In this document: piece after piece, positions 20,283-30,692 of the stretch
How the letters are laid out: every line of letters begins with the position of its first letter
Numbering within the stretch: position 1 is the stretch's first letter
Source of the DNA: an uncultured Nitrososphaerota archaeon
Lineage (GTDB): Archaea > Thermoproteota > Nitrososphaeria > Nitrososphaerales > Gagatemarchaeaceae
Assembly: GCA_963718895.1 (NCBI GenBank)
Contig: CAVRAG010000008.1
Span: forward strand, 800,001 to 864,000
DNA length: 64,000 nucleotides
Reading direction: 5' to 3'
The notes under the pieces: model-generated
Told to the model about the DNA's origin: nothing
Seen by the model: only the letters and a program-made list of their open reading frames with translations
Databases searched by the model: none
Program-made: the position numbers and the translations under genes

Positions 20283-21143
20283 ATGTCGAAGATAGTCGTG
20301 ACAGGCGGTAGCGGCAAGGCGGGCAGGGCGTGCATCAAGGACCTCCAAGCCCATGGATACGAAGTTCTGAACGTCGACAGGGCGGCTCCCGAAGGAACGC
20401 CACGCCCCTTCATGCTCGCAGACCTTACCGACTACGGACAGGTCGTAGGAGTTCTCTCGGGCCCGGGGCTGGGATCGCAAGAAGTCATGGGGGTTGTCCA
20501 CCTGGCTGCCCTGCGTGTGAGGGTTTACTCGGATCAAGTGACCTTCTTCAACAACGTCGTGAGCACTTACAACGTCTTCCAGGCAGCCCGCCTCCTCGGC
20601 ATCAAGAACGTCGTCTGGGCCTCGAGCGATTCTGTACTGGGTGTCCCCTACGACGAGCCGCCCGCCTACGTGCCCGTTGATGAGTACTCGGCCTTGCGGC
20701 CGGAGAGCGACTACTCGCTCTCAAAGCTGCTCTGCGAGGAGATGGCCGAGCAGCTCTGTCGCTGGGACCCCACGATGAAGATCATCGGGCTAAGGTTCTC
20801 GAACATCATGGAACCACACGACTACGCCAGATTCGCAGCATTCCAGAATGATTCCCATCTCCGCAAGTGGAACCTCTGGGGTTACGTGGACGTGCGGGAC
20901 GCAGCCCAGGCCATCCGCAAGGCGCTGGAGGCCCCAATCAAGGGAGCGGACGTCTTCTGTATAGCGAGCGATGACACGGTCATGGCTAGGAACAGCTCGG
21001 AACTCATGGCTGACACCTTTCCAAGCGTCCCCATGAGGAAGGCGCTCGGCCCGGACGAGACCCTGCACTCAATCGAGAAGGCGAAGCGCATGCTTGGGTA
21101 TCAGCCAGATCACAGCTGGCGCAACCCGGCAGACCGCGAGTGA
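20283..21143 (+). CDS. NAD-dependent epimerase/dehydratase (paralogue of 6197..7063)
   Basis: TGGSGKAG, YSLSK, RKWNLWGYVD shared with the paralogue. Confidence 0.9.
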   Translation: MSKIVVTGGSGKAGRACIKDLQAHGYEVLNVDRAAPEGTPRPFMLADLTDYGQVVGVLSGPGLGSQEVMGVVHLAALRVRVYSDQVTFFNNVVSTYNVFQAARLLGIKNVVWASSDSVLGVPYDEPPAYVPVDEYSALRPESDYSLSKLLCEEMAEQLCRWDPTMKIIGLRFSNIMEPHDYARFAAFQNDSHLRKWNLWGYVDVRDAAQAIRKALEAPIKGADVFCIASDDTVMARNSSELMADTFPSVPMRKALGPDETLHSIEKAKRMLGYQPDHSWRNPADRE

Positions 21144-21329
21144 ACGGGGAGACCGCGAGGGCCCTCCTGGACTGGCTCGATGCGAAGTCATTGCTTCGGC
21201 GCTGCCTATTCGATCATCTGTTTACTCTGGGCGACTTCCGAGCCTACATGATTGTCTGTATGCGGACCTGCCTCTGCCCCTTGACGCGCGCTCCCGTCCC
21301 TGCGGTCGCGGATATCCGGCGAGGACTCC

Positions 21330-22607
21330 TCAGGACTTCTCTAATCTGTGCTTCTTCTGGAAATTGTGGAAAGACATCGAGTAGCTCTTTGAGACTGCTC
21401 GCGCAGTCCGCGTGCTGACGCCGTCAGTCGCGGACTCGACGGCTTTGTCGAGCAGGTTGAATCCGAGTCCTGACAACAACCCGACTCTCTCGGGAGAGGC
21501 AGATAGGACCTGCCCGGCCGCAACACCTCCTGCAGCCATGCCAAAGCTGAGCCCATATGAGACGCCCTTGATTGTCGTGTCCCTGTTTCTCGCCTCGTCC
21601 CACACATTTTGAAGGGCTTCCGTGAGTTCTGCTGAAGTCGAATTGATCACGTCGAGCTTCGAATCCGAGACCGCCGAGCCTAGGTCGCCTACGAGACGCG
21701 TCACGTCCTCGTGTCCGTAGAGGGCGGCGACGTCCCTGCACGCTTCGAGGCTTTCAGGTGCAAGCGTGACCGACTTCATCAGGGACGCCCCAATTTCGCA
21801 CGGGAATTGATCGCTAACCGAGTTCGTATCGGACCCGGAAAGCCTCTTCATGCCCTTGAGATAATCCCACGAGAAGCAGTATACGCCCTTCAGCGGGTCG
21901 AACATAGGACCCTGGACAAACTGGTTGTAGAGGTACAGAATCCGGTGCGCGCGGGGCGCATCCGAGAGTATGCATTCGTCAATCTGGGCCACGACCTTCT
22001 GGTATCCCAACAGTTTGAGCACTGAGTAGGCGGACCGTACCACGTCGTAGTTCTGGAGGGCATACTCACGGTCAAGGCCTGCGCTGGCCAGGTTCGCCTT
22101 AATCAGGGGCCAGAGGGAGAAAGCCGCCATCGTGTCAAACTCGATGTTCGATCTCTTCAGTGATGCCTCTTCAAAGACGGCAGAGGGCGGGATCGCTCGA
22201 ACGACGGGAGGCCGGAGCTCGTTCAGGAGAGGGTCCAGGTAATCCATGCCGGCAAACTGGGTCGGTCGAGCGGCCAACGTGAACTGGACCTGCCCCGTCT
22301 CTTTGCAGAAGTCGACCAGGCGAGCTATCTCTGAGACTTCAAACCGGTGCACCTTGGAGAAACTCTCGCGCTGAGTTGGGAATATCGGGATGATGAGCGA
22401 GCCAAAGATCGGGACCTGCGGCCAAAGACTCGAGTCGACGGCGCGCTTGGCGACCGGCCCGGTCAACCGCCTGAATCGCTCTGGACTTGGGTATTGGCTG
22501 ACTTCGCCTTTCTCCAGCTGTTTGACAAAGACATCAAATTGCTCGCTTTCGTCACTCTCGTAGTCTCTCAGCTTCTCGACGTTCAGTTCTATCGCTCCCC
22601 AGACCAT
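21330..22607 (-). CDS. Hypothetical protein with C-terminal Gly/Ala hydrophobic hairpin
   Basis: 425-aa open frame, less GC-biased than neighbours. Confidence 0.7.
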   Translation of the reverse strand: MVWGAIELNVEKLRDYESDESEQFDVFVKQLEKGEVSQYPSPERFRRLTGPVAKRAVDSSLWPQVPIFGSLIIPIFPTQRESFSKVHRFEVSEIARLVDFCKETGQVQFTLAARPTQFAGMDYLDPLLNELRPPVVRAIPPSAVFEEASLKRSNIEFDTMAAFSLWPLIKANLASAGLDREYALQNYDVVRSAYSVLKLLGYQKVVAQIDECILSDAPRAHRILYLYNQFVQGPMFDPLKGVYCFSWDYLKGMKRLSGSDTNSVSDQFPCEIGASLMKSVTLAPESLEACRDVAALYGHEDVTRLVGDLGSAVSDSKLDVINSTSAELTEALQNVWDEARNRDTTIKGVSYGLSFGMAAGGVAAGQVLSASPERVGLLSGLGFNLLDKAVESATDGVSTRTARAVSKSYSMSFHNFQKKHRLEKS

Positions 22608-22831
22608 GTCTTGAAAGCCGACTTTAGGCTTCCGTAGCGGAATAGCAGGCTAACACCATCGGACTGGCTGTGAGCCGCTGGATGTGCGTCCCTTCGCCGC
22701 TCCCGCGCAGAGCACGGCCACAACCTGCCGCGAGTGCCTTGTGCCCGCGGGTTCTCGAGGAAGGGGGTCCGGGTTTGACAGCGCTGCCGAACTCGTCGCG
22801 GCCCTTAAATAAAGTGAGAAGGCGCCCTCGA

Positions 22832-23296
22832 TTGGGCGAATCGGAATTGTTCTGCCCGAACTGCGGCAACGCAGTCGAGGAAGGCAACGCCTTCTGCCCC
22901 AATTGTGGGGCCCAGATTACGGGGAGTCCTGTAACCTCTGGAGCGCCGAACGCAGAGAAATATTCGCCGACGGCAAAGACAAGACCAAGAACCGGGTACC
23001 TTCTCAGCCTGGTTGGAGGAGCCCTCACACTTCTGAGCGGCATCGGCTATCTCGTCCTCGGAAACCCGGTCGCGGGGGTTCTCGGAATCATCTTCGGCAT
23101 CCTGATCATAACTCTATCACGGAGGTTGCACATGATAACAGACAGGAAGGAGATGGGGCTCTTTGGCTTCGTACCGTTCTTAATCGGGTGGTTTCTCCTG
23201 ATAGCCAGCGGAACCTTGCTTCCTTTCGACCTTGTGGTCAGCATCGCCGGCTTTCTCACGATAGTCGGCAGTTCCGGCATGTTCGCTGGAAAATAG
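22832..23296 (+). CDS. Zinc-ribbon membrane protein
   Basis: FCPNCG...FCPNCG followed by four TM helices. Confidence 0.8.
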   Translation: MGESELFCPNCGNAVEEGNAFCPNCGAQITGSPVTSGAPNAEKYSPTAKTRPRTGYLLSLVGGALTLLSGIGYLVLGNPVAGVLGIIFGILIITLSRRLHMITDRKEMGLFGFVPFLIGWFLLIASGTLLPFDLVVSIAGFLTIVGSSGMFAGK

Positions 23297-23380
23297 ACTC
23301 CGAAGAGTCACACAGACAAAGACGCGGTAGCAGAGAAGATTATTTATCGCTCGCATCCCTAAGAAAGGTAAGGAGATTCA

Positions 23381-24490
23381 ATTAAAATCACGAGGATTTC
23401 GGTGTACAGGGTAGACCTCCCCGTGGCCGAGGGGAGCTACAACTTCTCCGGCGGCAAGTCCGTCGCGGTCTTCGATTCGACCGTCGTCTCGGTGGAGACC
23501 GACGCGGGCATCGTCGGATACGGAGAGTTCTGCCCTCTCGGTTCTGCATACCTCCCCGCCTTCCCGGAGGGGGCGCGCGTGGGCATCGCTAGGCTCGCGC
23601 CCGCCCTGATAGGTGCCGACCCTACACAGCTCTCAGCCCTCAACGAGCTGATGGACGGCGAGCTCCTTGGGCACCCGTACGTCAAGGCGCCGCTCGACAT
23701 GGCCTGCTGGGACATCCTCGGCAAGGCCTCTGGGCTCCCCGTCTGCGTCCTGATGGGCGGCCGCTACGGGCCGGACATGCCCCTCTATCGTGCCATCTCC
23801 CAGGGTACTCCGGCTGAGATGGCGCGGAAGGTGGCCCGCTACGGCAGGGAGGGCTACAGGAAGTTCCAGCTCAAGGTCGGCGGGAGCGTGGAGGACGACA
23901 TCGGGAGGATAAGGGCCGTTGCCGCGGCGGCTCGCCCGGGGGACGTGGTGATCGCCGATGCCAACACGGGCTGGCTGACCCACGAGGCGATGGAGGTCCT
24001 GAACGCGACGAAGGACCTGCGGTATTACGTCGAGCAGCCGTGCAGGACCTATGAGGAGTGCCTCTCGGTGCGGAGGAGAACGGATAGGCCATTCATCCTG
24101 GACGAGGTCATCGACGGTGTGGTCCCACTCGTGAGGGCCTTCGGAGACTCCGCTGCAGACGTCGTCAACCTGAAGATATCGAAGGTGGGAGGCTTGACCC
24201 GTGCGAAGCAGATACGCGATCTATGCGTCTCTCTGGGGATAGCCCTGACCATCGAGGACACCTGGGGGTCCGACATCCTGACCGCAGCCATAGCGCACCT
24301 CGCGCACAGCACCCCGCCGCGCTTCCTTTTCTCGACAACCGACTTCAACAGCTACGGCACCGTCAAGACGGCAGATGGGGCCCCGAGGAGGAAGGAGGGT
24401 CGGTTCGCTGCCTCCACGGAACCTGGCCTCGGGATAACGCCGATCAAGAAGGTTCTGGGAGAGCCGGTCGCAGAGTACTCGAAGGAGTAA
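23381..24490 (+). CDS. Enolase-superfamily (MR/MLE) enzyme, hydroxyproline/proline-betaine epimerase-dehydratase-like
   Basis: [34 protein letters not shown]; N-terminus (I)KITRISVY from ATT. Confidence 0.85.
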   Translation: MKITRISVYRVDLPVAEGSYNFSGGKSVAVFDSTVVSVETDAGIVGYGEFCPLGSAYLPAFPEGARVGIARLAPALIGADPTQLSALNELMDGELLGHPYVKAPLDMACWDILGKASGLPVCVLMGGRYGPDMPLYRAISQGTPAEMARKVARYGREGYRKFQLKVGGSVEDDIGRIRAVAAAARPGDVVIADANTGWLTHEAMEVLNATKDLRYYVEQPCRTYEECLSVRRRTDRPFILDEVIDGVVPLVRAFGDSAADVVNLKISKVGGLTRAKQIRDLCVSLGIALTIEDTWGSDILTAAIAHLAHSTPPRFLFSTTDFNSYGTVKTADGAPRRKEGRFAASTEPGLGITPIKKVLGEPVAEYSKE

Positions 24491-24610
24491 CGGAGATTGA
24501 TAATCGATAGGTCACTTCGTGCGGTGTTGTGATTCTTCGGAAATCTTGCGATCTTCCCCGTGAACCTGTATATAGCACGGCTCCTCGGAAGAGTCAGGTA
24601 ATCACGAAGA

Positions 24611-25009
24611 ATGGAAAAGCCCTCAACCGTCTCAGACCCGTTCACGCCCCCGACTGACCTGATCATGGTCACGACGCCGTTCGTATCTGGATATCGCGTG
24701 ACCCGTGTCATCGGTGCGACGTTTGGGCTGATCGTGAGGTCCCGAGGGCTGGGACAGAACGTCTTTGCCTACTTCCGTGCGTGGGGTGGCGGGGAGATCA
24801 AGGTGTACACCACTCTCCTCGAGCAAGTGCGTCATCAGGCCCTGCAGCGGCTCGCCGATCATGCCAGGAGCCTTGGGGCGAACGCGGTCGTCTCGATCGG
24901 ATTTGACACGTCGGAGATGGGCGGGTCGATGACAGAGGTTCTCGCCTATGGGACGGCGGTGGTCGTGGAGCCTGACGGGTCACCTGCACAGCCGGTCGCG
25001 CTCCGCTGA
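24611..25009 (+). CDS. YbjQ/UPF0145 family protein
   Basis: GGEIKVYT...LGANAVV...EVLAYGTAV. Confidence 0.92.
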   Translation: MEKPSTVSDPFTPPTDLIMVTTPFVSGYRVTRVIGATFGLIVRSRGLGQNVFAYFRAWGGGEIKVYTTLLEQVRHQALQRLADHARSLGANAVVSIGFDTSEMGGSMTEVLAYGTAVVVEPDGSPAQPVALR

Positions 25010-25067
25010 GATAGCCCGCGGTTGCAACCTACATCTTTGAGATAGGCAGTTCGGAGAGACTGACCGA

Positions 25068-25240
25068 CTACCCGAGCGCTACCCTTCGCAGTCCCGCTAT
25101 CTTGTCGAACTCTCTGTCGGTGGAGACAATCTCGCCGTCGTGCTCAGTTGCCTCGGCCGCGATGAGGGAATCGAAGTAGTCCAGGCCAAACTGCTGCTCG
25201 TAGAGCGCCGCGAGGTAGACCGTGCGCGGACCGATTGGGT
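25068..25240 (-). pseudogene. PIN/VapC C-terminal remnant
   Basis: LDYFDSLIAA...IVSTDREFD; N-terminal Asp motif missing. Confidence 0.7.
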
Positions 25241-25261
25241 GGGTCGATGAGGCGGCGGCTC

Positions 25262-25384
25262 TCGACGGCGCTTGGGTCCGATGGAGTCTGGGTGCTCGAT
25301 GTGCCCGTCGACACCAAGGAGAACTCGCTGCTCTCAGGGCGCCTCGGGGAGAAGGTCGTCTGCCCGGGCGAGCGACAATCCTGA
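25262..25384 (+). pseudogene. C-terminal remnant of acetolactate synthase-like TPP enzyme
   Basis: Manual translation ALGSDGVWVLDVPVDTKENSLLSGRLGEKVVCP. Confidence 0.5.
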
Positions 25385-25457
25385 ATTGAGCCCCCCGCAT
25401 GCGAGACTGGCTGTCGATGGTGCGTCTCAGAGGATGGCCTGAAGTTCCTGAAGCATC

Positions 25458-25756
25458 TTACGCGTTCTCGTTGTACACCGATTTGACGCTCTCGGGACGC
25501 CTCCTCTGCATCACATAGGACGCGCCCAGCATTGCGATGCCCGGGACGTCGGCGATGGGCCCGAGGGGATCGGAGAGAGGAGCACCGCGACGCCTGCCTT
25601 CCTCAGATTCGCTGAGACCGAGTTTGGTCTCACGACCTGGCTGAGTCTCCTCCTGGTCTCGGTCTGGGCCATGCCACCTGCTACCTGCGCCCTATCCTGG
25701 GCGGTCCTTGCGAGAGCGCTTGCTCCTGCTTTAACCAGCCTCGCCCGGCCTTTCAT
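25458..25756 (-). CDS. Hypothetical protein, frameshifted near 25560
   Basis: LRKAGVAVLLSP continues in another frame as DVPGIAMLGASYVMQRR. Confidence 0.5.
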
Positions 25757-25896
25757 CGGCGGTCGTCCGGGCCTCGCCCGGTTAATCTAGGCTGGTCAAC
25801 AGTTCTTGTCGACCCGCTCAGTTACGGCAACGCAGGAGCTGGTCCACTCGGGCCTTCTGGTCTCCAGCCCTGCCGAACTCCCCCGTCGGGAATCCT

Positions 25897-26464
25897 TCAC
25901 CCAACGACCGAGGTGCCGACCAGCTTGTCGCTGAACTTCTGGTTGTACTGTTTCGAGGTGGCCAGACCGACGATGACGTCGAGGAGCAGCAGGATCCAGG
26001 TAGATCTTGCTCACGTTCCTCACCAGGGACTCGATGAGGGTGGGGTTCCCTCCTTTGGGGCCGACGACCTTCAGGTGCATCGCATGCTTGCCGACTGTCG
26101 CTCCCCTCGTCACCTCTGCCACGATGAAGTAGAGGAACAGGATGACCCCGGCTACAACCGCGAACGCCCCTGCGAAAAAGGAAGTCACGCCGGCTGATCC
26201 CGACAGGGCGAAGCTGGGAATCGCAACCGCTACTGCGACCACGACAAGGATGACGCCGACGATGACGGCATCGATGACGAAAGCCACGAAACGTCTTAGC
26301 CAGTAGTTCTGGGCGCCGGACTCTTTCATCAGCGCGTCGACGCCGCTCAGAGGGGCGGTTGTGGGGCCCGAGGCCTGTCCGACGGGAGCGCCGCAATTCG
26401 GGCAGAATGTGGACCCGGGCTGCAGCTGCGCTCCGCACTTACTGCAGAATTGGTTCTCCGACAT
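25897..26464 (-). CDS. Zinc-ribbon plus RDD family protein, frameshift near 26000
   Basis: CSKCG/CPNCG; RRFVAFVID; TVGK; shifted tail QKFSDKLVGTSVV. Confidence 0.85.
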
Positions 26465-26630
26465 GGGTTCGACTTGCGACCCTGAGTGATTTAAGACTTC
26501 GGCGCGATTCGCGGGCCTGGTCATCTGTGAGGGCATGACCGTCCAACTCGATCCCCAACCAGGGCAACGCGCTCTGTCGGCTTGCCGTGCCCAGTCGCCG
26601 GGTGGGAGAGCGAACGGCTTGTCGGCTGAC

Positions 26631-27176
26631 CTACCTGATTCCTGTGTCGACGCTGACGTTCACGACCAACTGCTGTCCGGCTTCGACTACGACGGACTTT
26701 GGAAATGCGGAGGGACAGCCGACCCAGTTGCACGAAGGGGAGAGGCCTGTTATCGTGTAGGTTCCGGGCGCGAGCAGGATGGAATAGTGACCGCTCGGCG
26801 CGATCTGCGCTCCGTAGGTCTGCCCTTGGCAAGGCGAAGAGGAGACGCCGCTCGTTCCTCCGCATGCCGAGGCAAACTCCAGGCTGTAGCCTGTGAGGTC
26901 TTCCGTGCATGACGATTGGTTCGCACTGCAGGTCGGTTGGGAAGGTCCGACGGTCACGTAGCCGGCTACAATTCCCTGTATCGTGGATTGCAACGTGGAC
27001 GAGGAAGATGAACTCGAAGTCGTCGAATGACCGGTGCCAGCGACCGCGACGTAGTAGAACAGCGACGCGGCGAGAATTATGGCGACGACCACAACAACGA
27101 TCAAGATGGACCTGCCAAGAGCGATGCGATGGCTCCTCTCCACTCCTTCAGGTTTCGATGGAACTTCCCGATTCAA
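26631..27176 (-). CDS. Membrane-anchored extracellular protein
   Basis: TM + poly-Ser + GYVTVGP..P.C, GHYSILLAPGTY, VDTGIR end. Confidence 0.75.
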   Translation of the reverse strand: MNREVPSKPEGVERSHRIALGRSILIVVVVVAIILAASLFYYVAVAGTGHSTTSSSSSSSTLQSTIQGIVAGYVTVGPSQPTCSANQSSCTEDLTGYSLEFASACGGTSGVSSSPCQGQTYGAQIAPSGHYSILLAPGTYTITGLSPSCNWVGCPSAFPKSVVVEAGQQLVVNVSVDTGIR

Positions 27177-27245
27177 GCCACGACATCAGGGATTCGAAGG
27201 CGCCAAATTTAATCCCGGGAGACGATTCTCATGGACTGAGAAGGG

Positions 27246-27302
27246 TCATTGGCAGACCTTCACCTTGGTCGCGGCGACTGGCTCAAGCGTCGAGACGCGC
27301 AA
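27246..27302 (-). repeat. ATPase-tail repeat copy A
   Basis: LRVSTLEPVAATKVKVCQ*; matches copies at 49451, 51465, 58754. Confidence 0.7.
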
Positions 27303-27540
27303 GAGCAGAGAGGACGCCGAAGAGAAGGAGGAGAGCTTGAGGAGCTATGGCGTGAAGGTTGTCCCCGTGGACGCGGTCTCGCCGCTCTGGAAGAGAGCAG
27401 CCTCCCTGAAGGCGGGGCTCAGCGTGTCGCTGGCTGACGCATTCGCGGCGACGACCGCGCTGGAGCTCCGCGCCAAGCTAGTGACGGGGGCGGATGTGGA
27501 CTTCGATGGCGTACGCGCTCTGCAGGTGGAGAGGGTGTAG
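27298..27540 (+). pseudogene. PIN/VapC C-terminal remnant
   Basis: AASLKAGLSVSLADAFAATTALE...LVTGADVDF; 5' end replaced by repeat copy A. Confidence 0.7.
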
Positions 27541-27664
27541 ACCTGCCGCCCAGGTACCTGTGACTTGTTGGGTGTCGGCTTCGCCCTTCTCGCCCAGAAC
27601 GCAACCTCAGACCTCTCAAGAACTCCTAAAAGTTTAACATAGACGTTCACTCCCACTGGACACA

Positions 27665-28630
27665 TTGGCGCCAAGAAAAGGCAGTGAGTCCGACACCGCA
27701 GCGAAGAGTTTGATCGGTCCGGAAATCCTTAAGCGGGTGGCGACCGTAAACGCGATAGAGGCGGAACTCAGGTCGCTCAGTCGCTTGGTTGGCGCGGCCG
27801 GCCAGAAGAACGCCCCGGTCGGGGACATGTCGTCCCGCCGGGGTGAGCTGATCCAGAAGCTGCGAAAGGAACAGTCGAAGAGCGCTTTCAGGCGCACCCT
27901 CGAAGCGAGACGGGCCTCCAACCCAAACATCCAGAGCGCTCTCAACAGCATCTCGCAGCTGCTTGGTTGGTGCAACACGCTGGCGGTGCCCGTGATGGCT
28001 GAGGGAATCAACCAGACTCCAGGGATAGCGGGAACCCAGGGGGAAATCGGGACTGCTGGGATCTTTGGGGGTGGCGTGGCTTTCGGGGGCACGCCTGAGG
28101 ACGATGGCACGCACGACCCCAACACCGAGAAGTGGTGGATCCACAACTGGAACTCCACGGCCGTGTTCCCTGCGGCAGCCTCGGACGGGACGATCTCCTA
28201 CAAGTTTGGGATAAGCAACGAGACGGATATCTATCAAGCCTACGGGAACTCTGGGAGCGTCACCGTCTTCGTCACGGTCGGGACGACGGGCGACGTGAAT
28301 CAGCCCATCTCCAACTGGCAGACGGTCGGATGGCCCACAGACATCCCCTTGCCTCAGGGGCACTACTACGGCGGAGGGGGCTTCCCCGTCACGGGGACCA
28401 TACCCGTCAAGGGCGGGAAGAGCGCCGCGCTCGGCTTGATCTTCGGTGCGATAGTGAGCGTGGCGAGCGGACTGTGCATGTTCCTTCCGACCTCTAACAT
28501 ATGGACGGGCATCATTCGCCCTCCGGGGCAGCAGAGCCAGCCCGGGGACTACGGAAAGATCGAGTACTGCTTCAACCCCACGTGGTGGTACCACGCACTG
28601 GAGCAGAGGATGCTCATTCCGCAGGAATAG
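27665..28630 (+). CDS. Hypothetical protein (helical N-terminus, beta-rich C-terminus)
   Basis: 321-aa ORF with coding-like codon bias and upstream AT-rich box. Confidence 0.7.
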   Translation: MAPRKGSESDTAAKSLIGPEILKRVATVNAIEAELRSLSRLVGAAGQKNAPVGDMSSRRGELIQKLRKEQSKSAFRRTLEARRASNPNIQSALNSISQLLGWCNTLAVPVMAEGINQTPGIAGTQGEIGTAGIFGGGVAFGGTPEDDGTHDPNTEKWWIHNWNSTAVFPAAASDGTISYKFGISNETDIYQAYGNSGSVTVFVTVGTTGDVNQPISNWQTVGWPTDIPLPQGHYYGGGGFPVTGTIPVKGGKSAALGLIFGAIVSVASGLCMFLPTSNIWTGIIRPPGQQSQPGDYGKIEYCFNPTWWYHALEQRMLIPQE

Positions 28631-28787
28631 CCGTCTTCTGCATCTTTCGACGCGCCGCGGCGTGGGCCGCGGATGTTCACGGCTCAGTCCTCAGCGCTAT
28701 CTCTCCATTCTTCCCAAGAGCTTAACGTGCATTCATCACAGCCGCGAAGCCGCTGCGCAGGGCGTTTCAACCCATGGTCGTCCCAGT

Positions 28788-29186
28788 TTACATCTCTTCG
28801 TGGATGCGCTCCGCTTCGACTCTTATCAGTATTCGCGGGTCCTTTGGTTTTCGATCCTCGTAAGGGTATTTTGGTTTCCCAAGGTACTTCATACTCATCT
28901 TGTCGATGTGCTCTTCCGCCCCCTCCTCCGTGATCTCGATGGCCTTTCCCCGTATCGAGACGTTCGAGTACGGGTTGTCCTGGTCAAAGATGGTAATCGC
29001 GACTCGCCGATCTCTCCTGAGGTTCTTGGTGCGCTGTCTGCTTCTGGTCGTGTTGAGTATGATGGTGTCTCCTTCACGGTCTATCCAGAGAGGTGCCACC
29101 TGGGGCGAGCCGTCCTGCATCAACGTTGCCACGCTCCCGAAGTTCTTTCCGTCGATGAGCTCCTTCGCCCTGGTTGACAATCTCAT
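28788..29186 (-). CDS. PPOX-class F420-dependent oxidoreductase
   Basis: ATLMQDGSPQVAPLW...NLRRDRRVAI...YLG..YP. Confidence 0.9.
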   Translation of the reverse strand: MRLSTRAKELIDGKNFGSVATLMQDGSPQVAPLWIDREGDTIILNTTRSRQRTKNLRRDRRVAITIFDQDNPYSNVSIRGKAIEITEEGAEEHIDKMSMKYLGKPKYPYEDRKPKDPRILIRVEAERIHEEM

Positions 29187-30011
29187 GGCGGCCCTGGTGT
29201 GGGATGTTGCTAAAATCAGTTGAATGAGTCGGAACTCTCACATCCACGTTTCCTGGGTGCCTGTCATTGGCTTGTTGTGGACTTGCCGCACTGCGGGCGA
29301 ATCTGGTCACGGATGCCTTGAAGGAATTCCATGATCCCCATGCCATTCGAGTCTCTGTCCGAGATCTTCGCTAACCCGTCGCACGGTGAGCGCCTACACT
29401 GCTTCCTCGCTCGATCGCCTCAGCTAACTGCGCCCCGTGACAGACCGCGGAGAGACGCGCCTTCTCTCATGAAAGGGCTTTCCTAAGAGTACTCCAGTCG
29501 ACGTATCAGCGCTTGTCCGCTTCTCCCCCAGAGGTCGACAACCTCGGTCGACGAGGCGTCGGGTCGGGCAGGGGCTGGAGCGAGCTATGCGCCTTCCGCG
29601 CGACGAGAGCCTGGCTTGCTGCGTAGGCACAGAAGGGCCCTGGGGTGGTTGGGCGCCGGGACCTACGGATGGCTTATGCTCTGTGCAATCTCGTAAGGGG
29701 TGACGCAGTCGACCTCGGTGAGCTCGCACGGGATCCAGCCTGGCACGCCCCATCCATCGCGCTCCTCATCGGGCCGGCCGGTTCGATGTTCTACCTCGCG
29801 CAGTTGATAACCTATGGAAGCGTCCACGTCTGCGGAACCTTCGCCTCGCCCTGCGCGTGGCCCAACACTTGGCCTGGACCGCGCCCCCTTCCGGTCGCAG
29901 TTTCGGGGTCGGCCCGTCTCCGGCGCCCGCTTCATGAGTGGGTTTTCTTGATTCCCGGGTTCAAACGATTAGGCTACGTCACCTTTATCGCCATGACGAC
30001 GATGGAGACTC

Positions 30012-30227
30012 ATGACCGAAGCATTCTGCATGAAGGAGAAAACGAAGCGTGAGATGAACGGAGTGTCCGAGGTTCAGATGAGGAACGGCCGAAGGGCTCT
30101 CCAGGGGACGTGCCCGAGCTGCGGGACCAAGCTCTTCAGGATCGTGGGTAAGGCGAATCAGGCCGCGCCCCTGATCGTGTTCACTGCCCCTCGCGACGAG
30201 CTAACCACCGTTCAAACGACATTCTAG
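30012..30227 (+). CDS. DUF5679 zinc-ribbon-like protein
   Basis: AFCMKEKTKREM...MRNGRRALQGTCPSCGTKLFRI. Confidence 0.85.
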   Translation: MTEAFCMKEKTKREMNGVSEVQMRNGRRALQGTCPSCGTKLFRIVGKANQAAPLIVFTAPRDELTTVQTTF

Positions 30228-30370
30228 CCAGCCGACGGCCTGCGGCGATCTCTGCCAAGTCCAGCGGGTAGTCACTGCGCGAGGAAGCAGGACCGTACTG
30301 ACTCTCAAAATGCCTCTGAGGCTCGCGCTGATTCTCGATTCCCGGGAAGGTTCCGCCGCGGAGGTTGCCT

Positions 30371-30505
30371 TCAGACTCGCATGAAGAAGTTGTCGCCGCT
30401 CGTGAGCGCCTGCGGGCTTCGCTTGTGCGTCGTTCCACAGCGCCTGATGTGCCTCGCGTAGTTCTTCGAGCTGATCAGCTTGTGGCACTTCGGACAGATT
30501 GGCAT
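30371..30505 (-). CDS. 44-aa C2HC zinc-finger microprotein
   Basis: MPICPKCHKLISSKNYARHIRRCG; purine-rich SD-like sequence upstream. Confidence 0.6.
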   Translation of the reverse strand: MPICPKCHKLISSKNYARHIRRCGTTHKRSPQALTSGDNFFMRV

Positions 30506-30692
30506 CGTCCGAACGCTCTCTCCCTTCCTATTACGCGTTTCGCGTAGGTCTCTCCGGCAGGACCGTGGTTTCCTGGCCGACCCGCATCGAGCCGGCCCTA
30601 CCGGTCCAGCCTCGGGACTCCCGGAGGCCGGGTGCCCGTTCCGCCTCCCTCCCAGAGACATATTAGCTGCGTCATCCTTGCGGACGGTGAGG

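Noticed and set aside
19167-20537. 456-aa minus-strand ORF
   Set aside because: Antisense shadow of the ICMT and epimerase genes; no motifs
29200-30000. ORFs 29424, 29645, 29663
   Set aside because: No recognisable motifs; probably remnants I cannot assign
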